Below are positions 1 through 13,400 of a stretch of DNA of 54,502 bases, piece after piece (positions within the stretch are counted from its first letter, which is position 1; each line of letters begins with the position of its first letter). The notes beneath the pieces are model-generated. The model was given only the letters and a program-made list of their open reading frames with translations. It did not search any database and was not told the origin of the DNA. The position numbers and the translations under genes were made by a program. Source of the stretch: Acanthaster planci (taxonomy: Eukaryota). The stretch covers positions 1-54,502 of the forward strand of contig NW_019091355.1 of the NCBI RefSeq assembly GCF_001949145.1. The letters run 5' to 3'.

Positions 1-1385
1 ACCCCAACCCTAACCCTAACCCTAACCCTAACCCCAACCCTAACTTCAACCCTTAACCCCAAACCCTAACCCCAACCCTAACCCTAAACCCCAACCCTAA
101 CACTTTTGTACATACCCATATGTGTTGTACACGTCTGGAAACTGGCCACATGAAACTCCATTGTAACAACTAAACAGATATACTTGAGTTGCCATACGTC
201 TATGTACACGATCACAAGCAGACACTCTTCCATTCGTATAAATTTGGTACCCATTGGGTTCGCGGTTCAACAGTTATAGCCGATTCAAGTCTTCCCTAGT
301 AGTTGTGTACAAACTTTATACTTCGGAAAAACTGGCGCTAAGGCCCTATGCATTAATACACATACCCTACGGCTCTCCTCTATACCCAGCCTAAAGGGAA
401 CACCCCACAGGATAAAAAGTGGTACCATTCAAAAGAGTACCTCAAGGCAAACAACTTTCTCTCAGACTCCATCCTCGTATCTCGTACAACACGAAAGTTA
501 TGACGTCACTTCCGGGCAATTTTTTTAAAAAATAAAGAAAAACATTAGAAATTTTTTGGTCCCAAATGATAGCCTGTGGCTTGATTCGGATGGAAAATGC
601 ATCCAAACCTGGATCGCGAGTCATTTTCAGTGATTTTTCAAGGGGTCACCAAAAAACCAGTGCCCTCGGGAAAAAGGCTATAACTCCATGGACCTTTGAC
701 GTATGACCCTTAAACTTAAACACAAGGTAGATGAAGAGTTGCACTACCTTTTCTGTGAGTTTCAGGGTCAAAGGTCACGGGAGTCGAAAGTTATTCAGTG
801 TCACCGAACGGGGACACCCCCTCTAACCCTAACCCCAACCCCAACCCCAACCCTAACCCCAACCCCAACCCTAACCCCAACCCCTAACCCCAATCCCTAA
901 CCCTAACCCCTAACCCTAACACTAACCCTTACCCTAACCGCAACCCTTACCCTAACCCTAACCCCAACCCCAACCCTAACACTTTTGTACATACCCATAT
1001 GTTTTTTACACGTCTGGAAACAGGCCACATGAAACTCCATTGTAACTACTGAAAAGATATACTTGAGTTGCCATACTTCTACGTAAACGACCACAAGCAG
1101 ACACTCTTCCTTTTGTATAAATTTGGTTTGCATTGGAGTCGCAATTCAACAGTTATAGCCGATTCAAGTCTTCCCTAGTAGTTGTGTACAAACTTCATGG
1201 AAAAACTTGCGCTAAGGCCCTATGTGACTCTTTTACCTATGACCCTTAAACTTGAACACAAGGTAGATGAAGAGTAGTGCTATTTTTGCCATAAGTTTCA
1301 CGGTCAAAGATCACGGGAGTCAAAAGTTATTCAGAGTCACCGAACGGGGACACCCCTTCTAACCCTAACCCCTAACCCTAACCCT
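1..1385. repeat. Tandem composite repeat: ~880-bp unit separated by degenerate telomere-like (CCCTAA)n tracts; second unit internally deleted
   Basis: CCCTAA/CCCCAA tracts at 1-101, ~822-980 and ~1359-1385. Segment 102-349 (acttttgtacatacccata...gctaaggccctatg) recurs at ~981-1224. Segment ~700-822 (tatgacccttaaactt...gtcaccgaacgggacacc) recurs at ~1238-1358. Bases ~350-690 are absent from the second unit. Confidence 0.9.
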
Positions 1386-2143
1386 TCATCCGGTATGCCA
1401 AAAGTTGGGTCACATTTAACCTTTCGCCCAGGATGATACTTCTTACCCCTTCTGATTTCCCCACATTGACGTCTTGTATTTCTTTGATTCCTAACATGCA
1501 GAGTCGGGCAGAATATGATTGACAAGTCTTTAGAGGCAATGTAGCTTAAAAGGGTTATACAGAACATGCGTTTTTACACGTACTACAGGCTACTGATCAT
1601 TTTCTGATAGGTCAAAAAGGATGAGAACTGAGTAAATAAGGCCAAAAAGTCTCCCGTTTCTGGTCAGGAACTGGATTCAAAGTGGTACGGTGACGCGGCC
1701 TCTTTTCCCTTTTTCTGGAAATGGTATACGATAACGCGCGATGTCCATCGCAACCGCATGCACGCGTAACTCCGGCCGCTACCAACACTAAAATACACTG
1801 GCCCCGCACTTTCACTGTTTTAAAAGCGATTTCAGTTTGTACTTGTACACAGGACGTAAGACCACGTCGTTTGTCTGGTTCCCAGGTGTAAATGTATAAC
1901 ACAGATATGATGTCATCTTAAAAAAATCCTGACTAAATGTATGAGGAAATACAGGGACTCTTTTACAAGGCACTGACTTTCTGGGAGCACTTCTTCAGAT
2001 ATGACATTTAGCCAGGATTTTACCGGCATCCTTGAGAAGTACGGCTGCCCCTAAAGCTGCTCGCAATCATTAGGGCTTTAATACGAACATGAAGGCAAGT
2101 GTCTCAGTGGCTGGTGCAAGATACGAGTCCTTTCACGTAAGGC

Positions 2144-2488
2144 NNNNNNNNNNNNNNNNNNNNNNNNNNNNNNNNNNNNNNNNNNNNNNNNNNNNNNNNN
2201 NNNNNNNNNNNNNNNNNNNNNNNNNNNNNNNNNNNNNNNNNNNNNNNNNNNNNNNNNNNNNNNNNNNNNNNNNNNNNNNNNNNNNNNNNNNNNNNNNNNN
2301 NNNNNNNNNNNNNNNNNNNNNNNNNNNNNNNNNNNNNNNNNNNNNNNNNNNNNNNNNNNNNNNNNNNNNNNNNNNNNNNNNNNNNNNNNNNNNNNNNNNN
2401 NNNNNNNNNNNNNNNNNNNNNNNNNNNNNNNNNNNNNNNNNNNNNNNNNNNNNNNNNNNNNNNNNNNNNNNNNNNNNNNNNNNNNNNN
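2144..2488. other. Assembly gap (N run)
   Basis: Run of N bases. Confidence 1.
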
Positions 2489-2559
2489 AAATTCTCACTT
2501 GAATTAGTGGTCTGCACCCTGCACCCACCCTTTTTGCTCTCATCTTTACTGCTGTGATT

Positions 2560-2930
2560 GAAGACATGTCATATGACCTCGAGCCAACGTGCCTTCCATT
2601 GAATCCATTCTGGCCCAAATGCAGCTTCGTTGGGCTTGTCACGTCCTACGTATGTCTGATGACCGCATCCCTAAGGCCCTTTTATACGGCGAACTGTCTC
2701 TGGGGAAGCGAAATCGTGGACGACCCTTGCTTCACTACAAGGACGTGTCGAAACGTAACATTAGTATTGCCCGTCTCCCAGCAGACTGGGATCGTCTAGC
2801 CCAAGATCGTCAGACGTGGTGGGCCCTAGTCCAACAGGGGGCAGAACGGGTTCAACTAGCGAGGCTTGGGTCCGCAGATAGGAGGAACGGCGTGCACGCA
2901 GGCACGCCCGTGCTGTTGAGACACCTCATG
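2560..2930 (+). mobile_element. Degenerate 3' fragment of an RTE-clade non-LTR retrotransposon (region C-terminal to the RT domain)
   Basis: ORF 2589-2999 reads SIESILAQMQLRWACHVLRMSDDRIPKALLYGELSLGKRNRGRPLLHYKD...WDRLAQDRQTW, matching the typical RTE post-RT motifs LRW.GHV.RM...R.PK..LYG.L..G.R..GRP...(Y/W)KD and W..LA.DR..W. The 5' part runs into the gap; boundaries are approximate. Confidence 0.85.
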
Positions 2931-4569
2931 CCGGCATCGTCTGATAAGACGGCCCGACTACGACTGTATACCTGTCACCACACACTAATGAAGAAATGAG
3001 ACTGGACGTCCCTTGATTCATCATACCATAAATTTATTTGGACACCGCTGTTTCAAAACTAAAGAAAAATGGAAAGAGTTCTGTACACGGACGCCACTTG
3101 ACACCCCGTGCTCAAATCCTACGGGACTAGTCTTAAAAAGTGTTTTCTAAGTAAACGACTTGTTGTTTCCCTCCTAAAAACTTAACTTTTTTGGACATGG
3201 TTTTGCTTTGACTAACAGGTCAATGTATGGAATAATTACTGGCATCCGTATTTGGAACTCTTCTCAGAAAAATACATACATTACGTAATGCGTTCATAAA
3301 AGTATGAATTAAATCCACAATTAATAATGACATGAACAAGTTTGGGATGAATACTGAGCCAATCGCTAACGGGCAGCACCTATTCAAAAGTGTCATAAGT
3401 TACTGAAGAGTTGATTCCTCAATACAATTACACTGTAGAAACCCCTCATGTGAAGGTTTTGTCAATTTGTATACGAGTCAGCAGCACCCCTCTCGCTGAA
3501 CAGGTTTTCCGTCAGCTTTGTATCTGATGGTAAACCCGAACTACCCACAGGATACTGTGAGAAGCTTCTAACCACGCACGAACAAGTCATAGACCTGGGA
3601 GTGGATTACACCTAATTCCCTAAAAATGGGAACACCATACTGTCTCAGCCTAATCACGTGATGCTAATGTACGATAACATGTCAGACATGTTATTCAGAA
3701 AGCGAGGTGTTTAGAGCTTTAGGCCAGAAAATCTCCAATTTCTGGTCAGCACGCGCGTCGCCTTACTTGCGCATCGGCAAAATAAAAGTTTTAATACGGG
3801 CAATTCACAATAGTGCGCCTCCAAGAATTTACAATGCGTTGACCAATCACAGTGCGTGACATTTTCCAAACGCGCATTCAGTCATTGGTGATCAATGGTT
3901 GCCAATGGGTCCGCCATCTTGTCTTTACAGGTTGCACAGAGCAAATACGCGCCCATAGAACACAGTGCAAAATCGGACCGAAATAGCGCCGCCTGTTGAC
4001 TCTCGTGAAGAGGTTGGCCTCCTTTTTTCACTGGAAATTCAAGATTATGGCCAAAAGATCACTTTTCGTTTCAATTTCATGGGGGTTAGCGACGAATTTT
4101 TTTTAATCGCCTTTAAACGAAGATACCCAAAATAGCAGTAAAACTAACGGTGAGTTTATGACTCTGTAAAATCCTCAAAACCCAGCATACGTAACCGTTT
4201 ACCCTATCAATTTTTGTACTGGGCATTCCTCACCCCCAGAACGACAGTAAGTTTATCTTTGTATAGAGGTCGTGGTCTTCAGGGAGGGGACCAAAGTCGG
4301 AAATTTGTTAACTTTAAAAAAAAAAGTCCAAATGCCACCACCTTCCATCATATCCTACCTCTGTTCATGCTGAAAAACCTGGTTTAGTCACTTTATAGTC
4401 AGGGCATCCTCTAGCCAGAAAAAAATTCCAGCCAGTCGCTAGCCAATTCCCATAAGACTGTGTGTTAAAAAAGAACGATATCATCCTGATTTATTCATGT
4501 CAGTGTACTACATAAACCGTCTATGAAGATACTCTATTGATCTGCAACGTGAAGAACTTCTGCTTCTTA

Positions 4570-5155
4570 AGCCCGTATCTCACTGGGCTGCGACTGTTGC
4601 AGACAATTTGCGAACGGCATTCCCGAAAGAATTTCAAAAATGTCTCGAAACGTTCAGGTTTTTTCAATATCCTCGCTTGAGTCGCAGTCTCGCTTTCGTA
4701 TTGGGAGAATTTTGAACATGTTCAAAAATGTTAAGTGACAAATTTTCTGTCAAAATAGTCAGAGTCCTTGCTGGTGTCTCAAACCTGTCTTGAACCCTTC
4801 TCAATTTAGTTTCTGCGAGTCAGAAAGTGCGAGAAATATGAAACTTTGCGAGGGGTTGGCGACCTATGAAACTAAACTGTGACTGGTTGAAGACAAAAAT
4901 GAAAATCCGACAATCCAGGTGCGAGCCAGGCGCAAAATGTCGTGCTACAGTCGCACGGCATATATGTATATGTGAACTCCAGGCGAATTCTGACCGAAAT
5001 TTTGCCAGGAGCTCGTGTGACTTACGCAAATGTGACGTAAGTAACAAATCGGTACGAGTCCAAGTGAAAATTGTCACTACATTCTGGTGGGTTTTTTTTT
5101 CAGTTTTGTTTCTTCAACTAGTCGCGAGCTGTCGCAGCTCAGTGAGATACGGGTT
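4570..5155. mobile_element. Non-autonomous DNA transposon (MITE), PIF/Harbinger-like
   Basis: Left end agcccgtatctcactgggctgcgac and reverse complement of right end aacccgtatctcactgagctgcgac form TIRs. TTA flanks both sides (4567-4569, 5156-5158). Internal palindrome ttttgaacatgttcaaaa at ~4710-4727. Confidence 0.85.
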
Positions 5156-6691
5156 TTAAAGCTTTTATCATTACCTGGGCTAGGCTGGCGACTCGCACTC
5201 TGTCCGTTAGGCGGTTGGGATTTGTGTGCTGGGGTTAATGACGAGACCTGCATTTCGTTTCGTGCATAAGTGGTTTAGCTCCAGGGAACAGAAATGTGGG
5301 TAACAGGGCAAGAAATACTTCGCGACTTTCAAATTGGCCTCGCATTCAAATGCACATGTAAATTTATCACCGTATCAGGTGTACCTCAGATTTAAATAGT
5401 AATGACCACTCGACAGTCTCTTAATGTTAAATGTGCAAAAGAACCTCTCCTTGAACAGCCAGGTGAGAGAAATCTCTTTTTCAAATGGTATGTACGTATT
5501 AGAAATAAGTTGCAACTTTTTCAAACTGAACTCAGTTTGCAACTCATTCAAACTGAGAACAGCTTTGAAGTAGTGAAGTAGCCAACACTTCTTTCAAAAA
5601 AGGTAAAATATAGCCCTGTGGTATCCCACATAGCATTTTGAGGGCCACAGCAATAAAATTGAAGATAAGAGCTTTCAAATGAAACCTTTCTTACCTATTC
5701 ATGTTGTTGCATAAAAGTGAATACCAACGGATTGAAATCATGGTGCTAAAACTGCACCGGTTCACTTATTGAGCCTCGTTGCATTTCACATGGCCAACTG
5801 CCGCACCTTGATTGTGAATAATGTTTTGCCAGGTTATGCAATGGGGTTAATCCAAAAGGCCTGGCATATCCATTCTGGCCATAGTGGTATCATGAAAGTG
5901 AACCAACCACATTTTTGCACCCTAAATTCTTGTTGATGGTGCTCAATCATGCATGGCCCTGGACATGAAACCTTTGTTATTCTAACATTTATGATCTCCA
6001 CTTAAAAGTGATACCATGACCCTTGTTGAAAGGTACATGTATATGGTATGGTCGTATTAACCCCTTAAAGTTAAAGCATCGTTTAAAAAGTCGAAGGTTT
6101 ATGCATGATGTCCTGTCGTATAGTATATTTATTAACAAAAGACAGGTGATTGTGTTTGTTATAGTCCACAAATGTGATATCTAAATTGAATGCAAAGGGT
6201 TGGGTTAGAACAACCACGACTTGAAGAGTGAAAAGTATTTTTGAACCAATATTTAACCTCAGAAACAAATTGAGCTGGCCTAAAACTCTGTTTCGACATG
6301 TTCAATCAGTGACGCTTCTCAATGTTAAAGTGTGCTTTTTAAGTGATTATTTTTAAGTTAAGCTGGCATTACTGTTAAACAGACTCACCTCTGGCTCTAG
6401 CACTATTTTGTAAGTTGTGTCTTTAAAAACAAACAAAAACAACAGTTTCGTCAAGTCAGAACGAAGTTATACATGTATATAATACTGATCTTTCTCTATA
6501 TCAGTATGTCAGTTAAATGATAAGCAGGTGGGTGGATTCTCAATTTTCGATTAAATATTATAAAGAGATATAAATATATGTCCACTTGTATGAGGTAAAC
6601 TCTACCCAACAAATCGTTAATACCGACTAAAATCAAAGAAAATGGTCACTGATAACTAAAAAAAGCACTTCAATATTAAAATGTGCAGGTA

Positions 6692-6802
6692 TATGTTTCC
6701 ACTTGATACATGACAGAACTATTGCTATGGTAGTATAAGGGAAAGGATGTACATGTTTATGTTTCCACTTGATACATGACAGCACAATTGCTATGGTAGT
6801 AT
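6692..6802. repeat. Local tandem duplication, 66-bp period
   Basis: tatgtttccacttgatacatgacag(a/c)ac(t/a)attgctatggtagtat at 6692 and 6758. Confidence 0.9.
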
Positions 6803-7439
6803 GAACAAGGGAGCGGTTGTCCATTGACCAGCAAATTCTGCACAAAAGTTTTGACTGTGAGTTTCAAGAATATTCCTTTCGCTTACTTGTGACATACAAT
6901 CCGTATTATGCAACGATGGAAAAAGTGCGTGTCAGACTCTCTTTTGAGATTAATTAAGTTGGCTTGATGGGTGGCAGGACATCGATCATGGTTAGTCGGA
7001 AGTTACATTTTGATCCAATCGTTTTTGCATTTAAATACACCTTTGAAACACAGGGTGCCAGGCAAAGTTTGAACGGTCGACCGTTTTGTAAATTTTTTAC
7101 TTCCGCTGACGACTGGGCTTTACAATAATGCGCTAGTTGTATTTTGATAAAAATTTATACTCTATACATGAAATAGATGACATCGAAACACCCCGAATTG
7201 TAACATGAAGAATGGGGAAAGAAAGAGTAGTATTTCCAAACCATACATTAATTCAATTAAAGCGCGTCCTTTAATTCTATACGCGTTAGACAATAATGTA
7301 GCAGCCGTTTTAAAACTCGATATGATACTGGTTATACTCACAATAGACTATCAATATTAACAAAACCCGTATCACTGCGCTGCTTATGGATACTTATTCG
7401 TTTTTTAATTGCTGCCAATATATGACCCACCTATGTAGG

Positions 7440-10400
7440 TCATAAAACCTCCATTAAACTGGTAACTGATCGGGCACTGCTCGCCTGAAGTCCCGGTGAC
7501 CTGGTGACAATGGACGTACTCTCTCCCATCTGATTTGTGTCTTCTACGTCATCATCGTCATCATCATCCCAATGATTTTCATACATCGACCGAGCTTCGC
7601 TAACGTAATCCTCAACTATTTCTCTGTCTGGTCGGTCACCATCAGTGTTATCTGCCTCTCCATTCCATTCATGCTGCAATTCATCTTTTGTCACTTGTAC
7701 TTCAATCCTTATGGGAGGCTCATCGTTCTCGTTCACTACTTTGACAATGACACCGTCTTCATTTGAAAGGCGTTTTTTTGTTTTGGAGAACTGGCAGGTA
7801 TGGTAACGGAAATCGGGCGAAGGATGTCTTTTACATGACAAAGAGTCACCACAGTGGCATCTTTGGAAGACTGCAGTTAGGCGATCTCGTTTCTTGGTGC
7901 ATACATCTCCTTCCACTAAGATTGGTTTACATATGCGCGTCCAGAAGTGCTGCGCGCAACAAAGACCCTGAGCGCACTGGTCGGTTGCCTCACACACCTC
8001 GTCTTCACGAACTGTCGCCAAAAGAAAGAAATAAAGTCAGCATCAATAAAGATAATAATGAAGAAGAGAGGTTTTGGGGAGACTTGTTAATTCAATGTTA
8101 GGTTAACCCATACATTTCCACACCCATAGTTGTGGGGTCATACACTCGATATTTTACCTATTTTGTGGGGAACAAAAACATTATGGGGACAAAGCAAATG
8201 TCCACCAACTAGGTCCAGATTTGCCTAACAAAAGAACTTGTCCCTTTAATGCAAGAACATATCCCCTTAACGTGGTGAATGCCTACCCACATTAAACGCA
8301 TTAGGTGAGATTTGAATCCAGCACGTTCATTTACTGACAGATCCCGGCATCTCGTCATACGTACGCCTCTAAAGTCTTGCAATGGTGGAGGCACTATGCC
8401 AGCTTCAGGATGGTAACACCCAATAAAGATGCTTACGCCACCATGGTATTGACACGTCACATGACTGGCTTTTAACTTACTGTCAGCTCAGAGTGTGTGT
8501 AACAAGTACATTACACACTGTACACCGTGTACACGACCATGAACTATTTGTTAATACTTCTGGAAATTGACCTGAATGGTCGCATTACTTAGAACCTACA
8601 CTCTACACTTACTGACAATGAAGAAAATCAGTTTGAAAGTTAAATGTTTTTCCCCTCATAGATGACAAAACAATATGACTCAAATTTACTCACGTTTCCG
8701 CATGTTTTCTCTGGTGTGTTGGGAAATACTTTCTTCTTCCGAATCGGTAGAAAAAGCTTTTGCAAATGAAGAATCGTATCGCATCTCCTTTGGAACACAT
8801 CGGCCTTGTCGGCACACGTTGCCATGACAACACATGCCATTCCGCTGGCAGCGTCTTCTGGACCGTCTGCAGGGAAGACATGACTTGTGGCCCTCTCCTC
8901 CATGACAAAATGACTTCTGTTCGCAATCATCATCACCGTTGCATAAGACCTGCAAATTTTGAACAATGAAAGTTGGAGTCAAAACTTCAACAATTTCGGC
9001 AGTGATCTTCGAGAAAAACTTAACACTTGCAGTCACTTTAGTTTAATAACCGTCTGAAAATACCTCAACAATGTAATTCTATTCCTGGCAAATCGCAAGT
9101 TATGTATATGTTTTGTCTTCCAACTGATTTTGTAATTCATACTTAAAAGAGCTCCCTTGAATTTTATCCTCACAGTCGAGCCATACACAAACCGCCGGCC
9201 ACTGACAGCTGATGTACCCCATTTTCAAAGAAGTTCCGCAAATAGCTAAGAAAACACTTGGGCGAGTGTAGTTGCCTGACCGACAGACTGTTTAGACAGA
9301 GTCAATAGGGATTTGCCTGTAGCAAACTTTCATGCATTATAAACATGAGATATGACAAACAAGCATGTCACTTTGAAGTGACGGTCATTCAAGAGGTTTG
9401 CACGGAAGTGACAGCTTGAATTTCAGACGGAATGTGATAATGGCACAGGTCCATTAACACAGTAGCGCCCTCTGTCAGATTTAAATACACACTCAATACG
9501 TTTCAACCCATATTCATAGCTGTATGGTTGAACCAAGGTGATGGGTAACAGTCGTCACTGACGATTTTTTTTTAACTTATAAGAGTGCGAGTAGTAGAGG
9601 GCATGGCAGTCGCTACAAATTATTTCAAGGAGAGAATAGTTTCCGTAGAAAAAAGAACTGTTAAAACACGTAAAGACTTTGTCTACGCATACGCAGCCTA
9701 TTCAACTAGCCTTCATGAAGCTTCAATGAGCGGGCTGCATACACGTAGACCCTATAATTATTGATGCGTTTTTAAAAAATGTGCCACAAAAATTTTGGTC
9801 CAACCAGAATTCTAAAAGAAAAGATTAATTTTGCTTGATTGTAATATTCTGTATGAAGATAATCACCTGTTTGCAATATTTTCAAACGGTACTTGAACAT
9901 TCCCTTTCTTCAGGGAACACCATGGCATGGCATGTAATTTCCCCATTTGCGACAAGTTAATATTAATAAGACATTGCCAATGCATTCAAATAATGATCCA
10001 ATAGAAGTTTTTCTTTGAAAATGGCAAGTCAAAATTGAAGAAAAACGGTGGTCAAATTATGCAACAGGTCTCCATTTTGAGGCAGTGGGCCCATGTGCTA
10101 GTGGAAGGCATTCACACTTGAAACTAGGTCACTACATGTACCGGTACGTGTTTAGCAAGTGGTGTGATAAGGCTTGATATCATCTTATGACAACCATCTT
10201 GTTTCATTTGTTTCAAAAGGTTGAAGTTCCCACAGGCCATGTTCGATGCGATTATACTATCTTGAAGGGTCACGACACAATGGCATTTTTAAATGCAAAC
10301 ATCAATAATTAAATTGCGTAAGTACAATAATTCCTGCATTTATAAAGACCTGGCCTTAATTTTCTTTCCTTCGGTGATACGCTACAGCAATATCCATGCA

Positions 10401-13400
10401 GCCTATCAACACAACTACGTCAGCGTTTGAAGCTAGAGGCCTAGGGATCAGAACCATAAGAATAACTACAGTAATGGACAAAGAAAACGACATAAGTATT
10501 TAAGGAAACAAGTTGAAATACTAATTGAACAATTGAACCATACTTGCAACTCGGTTCACACATGTACATTTACATGTACAACGTATAATACTGAGAGATT
10601 ACTCGCACGGCCCTGTGTTTCCACGTGGGAAAATGTGGAAGGAAACCACCAGTAATGTAACTTAATATGGTAGCAATTGACAGGCGGGCGATGGCGCCCA
10701 GTACACTGGCAGCAGCTGCATAAAGCATTGTTAGAGCAACACTGGTTGTCGGTGGAATGCCTGCTCAGCTTTGAAGATCGGCTTCTTCAGAAGCAACCGT
10801 CACACCTGGGGGGGAGACCGTGGCACCGAGAGGCCAAGATCCAACTGTTTATTTATTCATTTGATTTCTCACTGATCCCGGACGGCCTGACGTCTCCCAA
10901 GGCCATAGAATCTGGAAACTTAAAACGATGAATGTAAAACCATTTTCACTGTTGGAAAAATGAAGAAACGTGTATATATAAACACGTAATGAAATAAGTG
11001 AAAGATAACAACGACCTGATCGCTTGTAGCTGATATGCACTAAATCAAGGATAAATTCAAGAGTCAAAAGATCTTTATTGCCACAGGTGCGCTGTGATTG
11101 CAATTTTGTTTCAATGTGCGGCTGATTATTTTTTGCCAAAGTGGCAAACTATTTTTAAGAACAAGTACAGACATTTGGCGTCCTGGCAAAGACATATCCA
11201 GGGATATTGGGTCCAGGGGAGAGGGGGAATGAATTTTTATCCAAAAATGACTACCTTATTTTTATACCACTGCAACAGTCCTCACCCCCCAAGATCAGGT
11301 GTGTTGTCACGGTTTCATTTCCTAGAAAGTCTGCAACATGTCTCCAGAAAGGGAAATTTGCCCCCCGTATATCACTGCGTCCTAATGATCATGCAAAATG
11401 GCGACTAGTTTCAAAACTTCTCATCAAAATGAGAAATTAATGGATCCAAGATGGCTCGCTTCCCCCAGATAAGAAGACAGTCGGTTTCTTTTTAATGAAA
11501 TTACAGAATGGAAAATAGATTTAGATTTATCAATGGTGGTGGTAGGAAAAACGTGTTCCCTTTGCACGTCTCACATGAAAGTGCATATCTAATGGCAGAG
11601 CTGGGCCTCCATATTTCACTTAGACCGAGACCCCGCAGTGCTAGGCAATTACAGCAATTTTGAATTAATAACAGCTAAACGAGTGCCAACTGTGACCCAC
11701 CCTGTCGGGGATCATCTACGAGTGATCAACCGGCAATTGGCAGCAATTACCTGCCAAAAAACTACCGACAAACGAACAAGAGCCTAACCCTCTCTCCAGC
11801 ATTCCTAGAGTTACACACCCGTCAGTTGGCCTTGCGGGCTAAGATAGCGGGAGAATGTTGACCCACCCGTGAGGGCAGTTCTGCCAGCAAATCCAACCAC
11901 TGCCAAACTAAATGTAGATACTAGCTCCAACCATGGAGGGAGAATGCTCCAACTTAACTTGCCCCTATTTATTTTTGATGAAAAAAAGTTAAAATGACAT
12001 CATATTGGAATTCTCAGGCCGGCATTGTCATGTGAATCTCTGACCATGAATGCTGTTTATCCCACAGCCTCATGGTGGACACTGAGCTCAAGTGCCAACC
12101 TTAAACTTAGTATAAAAGCAGGCACTGAGGATGTCATCCCTGTCGGGCGAGTGTCGATCAACCCCCCCCCCCATTCTGCTCTCTTCAATGTCACAACGGG
12201 CTCCTCCTACAAGTTACCGCTTCAAGTTTGCGCCCTATGACCACAATAACACAAATGAGGACACGCTATATTTCCTCTTTTTCCTGGATGAAGCGGACTA
12301 CTTTAGTTGTACAACAACCAAAGCAGACAATCGTCGACTAAGTCAACTGCAGAAACAAGGAAAATGTAACAATTTATCATACGTCGAAAAATTGACAGAT
12401 TCTAATATAATAAGTGATTCAAGCTCTTACAACTTTTTACTGTAAAGTACTGTACAAGTGTACACATACACGCACACATCCACATCCCACTTCGCTTATA
12501 AACACAACAGAAAGGTACGATGTGTAAAAGCTAGCCCCGTTCAGAGTGCTTAATGTTCGCATTTGATTTTGCTATAAAAACGAAATTTTACCATGTGATC
12601 AGGGTTACAGCTTTCTTATTAATTTTTAAGTGTTAATTCGATCAATGGAAGCCATACTTCAGAACTCTATACCAGCACATTTTAGTGTCCATGCTCGAGT
12701 GGATTGTGGAATGCGATGGGGAAGGTTTCAGACCTTCTAACAAGAATGCTGAATGCTCCGTACAAGAATGCAACTGCTCCGTGTAGTCCTCTCGTCACCT
12801 ACAAGAGTCGGCGTGATGCTCCTGAAAGAAAATTCAACACCCTTCTGAATGCAGTAAGCTCTTTTTTTCTATTAAGTTATAACCTAATACTGATCTATCG
12901 AGAAAGTCTATCGTGGCTGACTGTGATAGCAGATAGAACTTGAAGAAACTCACCAGCTGGGAAACTGTCCGGCGCCTGTTGAACAGATTTTCTTCGAATT
13001 CTCCATGGACTGCCGTACATGTGGTGAACTTTCGAGACGCGGCAGCCTTTGAGTCTTTCCCAATAATAAACTTTCTTAAACCAAGCGTTCAATTTCTCTT
13101 GCAGACCTCTTGCAGAATGGACTGAAGTAGCCCTGAAGACAGCTAATTTTTTATTTACGTCGAGGGTGATGACAGAAATCCGAGATACATGTATCCTGTA
13201 AAACATTACACCGTATAAGCCTTCCTTTCGAAAATATACTTCCATACCGTTTGGCACAAATTTGAGACTGAGGCTTCAGGAAACCACTTGGTTTTACCTG
13301 TTACGTACCGACTCAGTCTGACAGTAGGAATAATTTATCGTACGTTAATTTTACAAAGTTGAACTGCAATGTAGCCTACCCAAATCCACACCTTATACAG

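Noticed and set aside
1..101. A true chromosome telomere
   Set aside because: The tracts are short, degenerate and embedded in a larger repeated unit; a telomere cannot be claimed without flanking sequence.
703..1567. ORFs with PTPTLT or VRVRVR repeats
   Set aside because: Translations of the CCCTAA/TTAGGG tracts.
2089..2642. Long ORFs spanning 2089-2642 (and similarly 26111-26454)
   Set aside because: Artefacts of N runs.
4820..5269. ORFs of 60-97 aa as a transposase
   Set aside because: They lie in or overlap a 586-bp MITE and show no catalytic motifs.
1636..6285. Large element bounded by (t)taggcca... ends at ~1637, ~3718 and ~6280
   Set aside because: The ends share only short, imperfect similarity, and I could not pair them with a consistent TSD.
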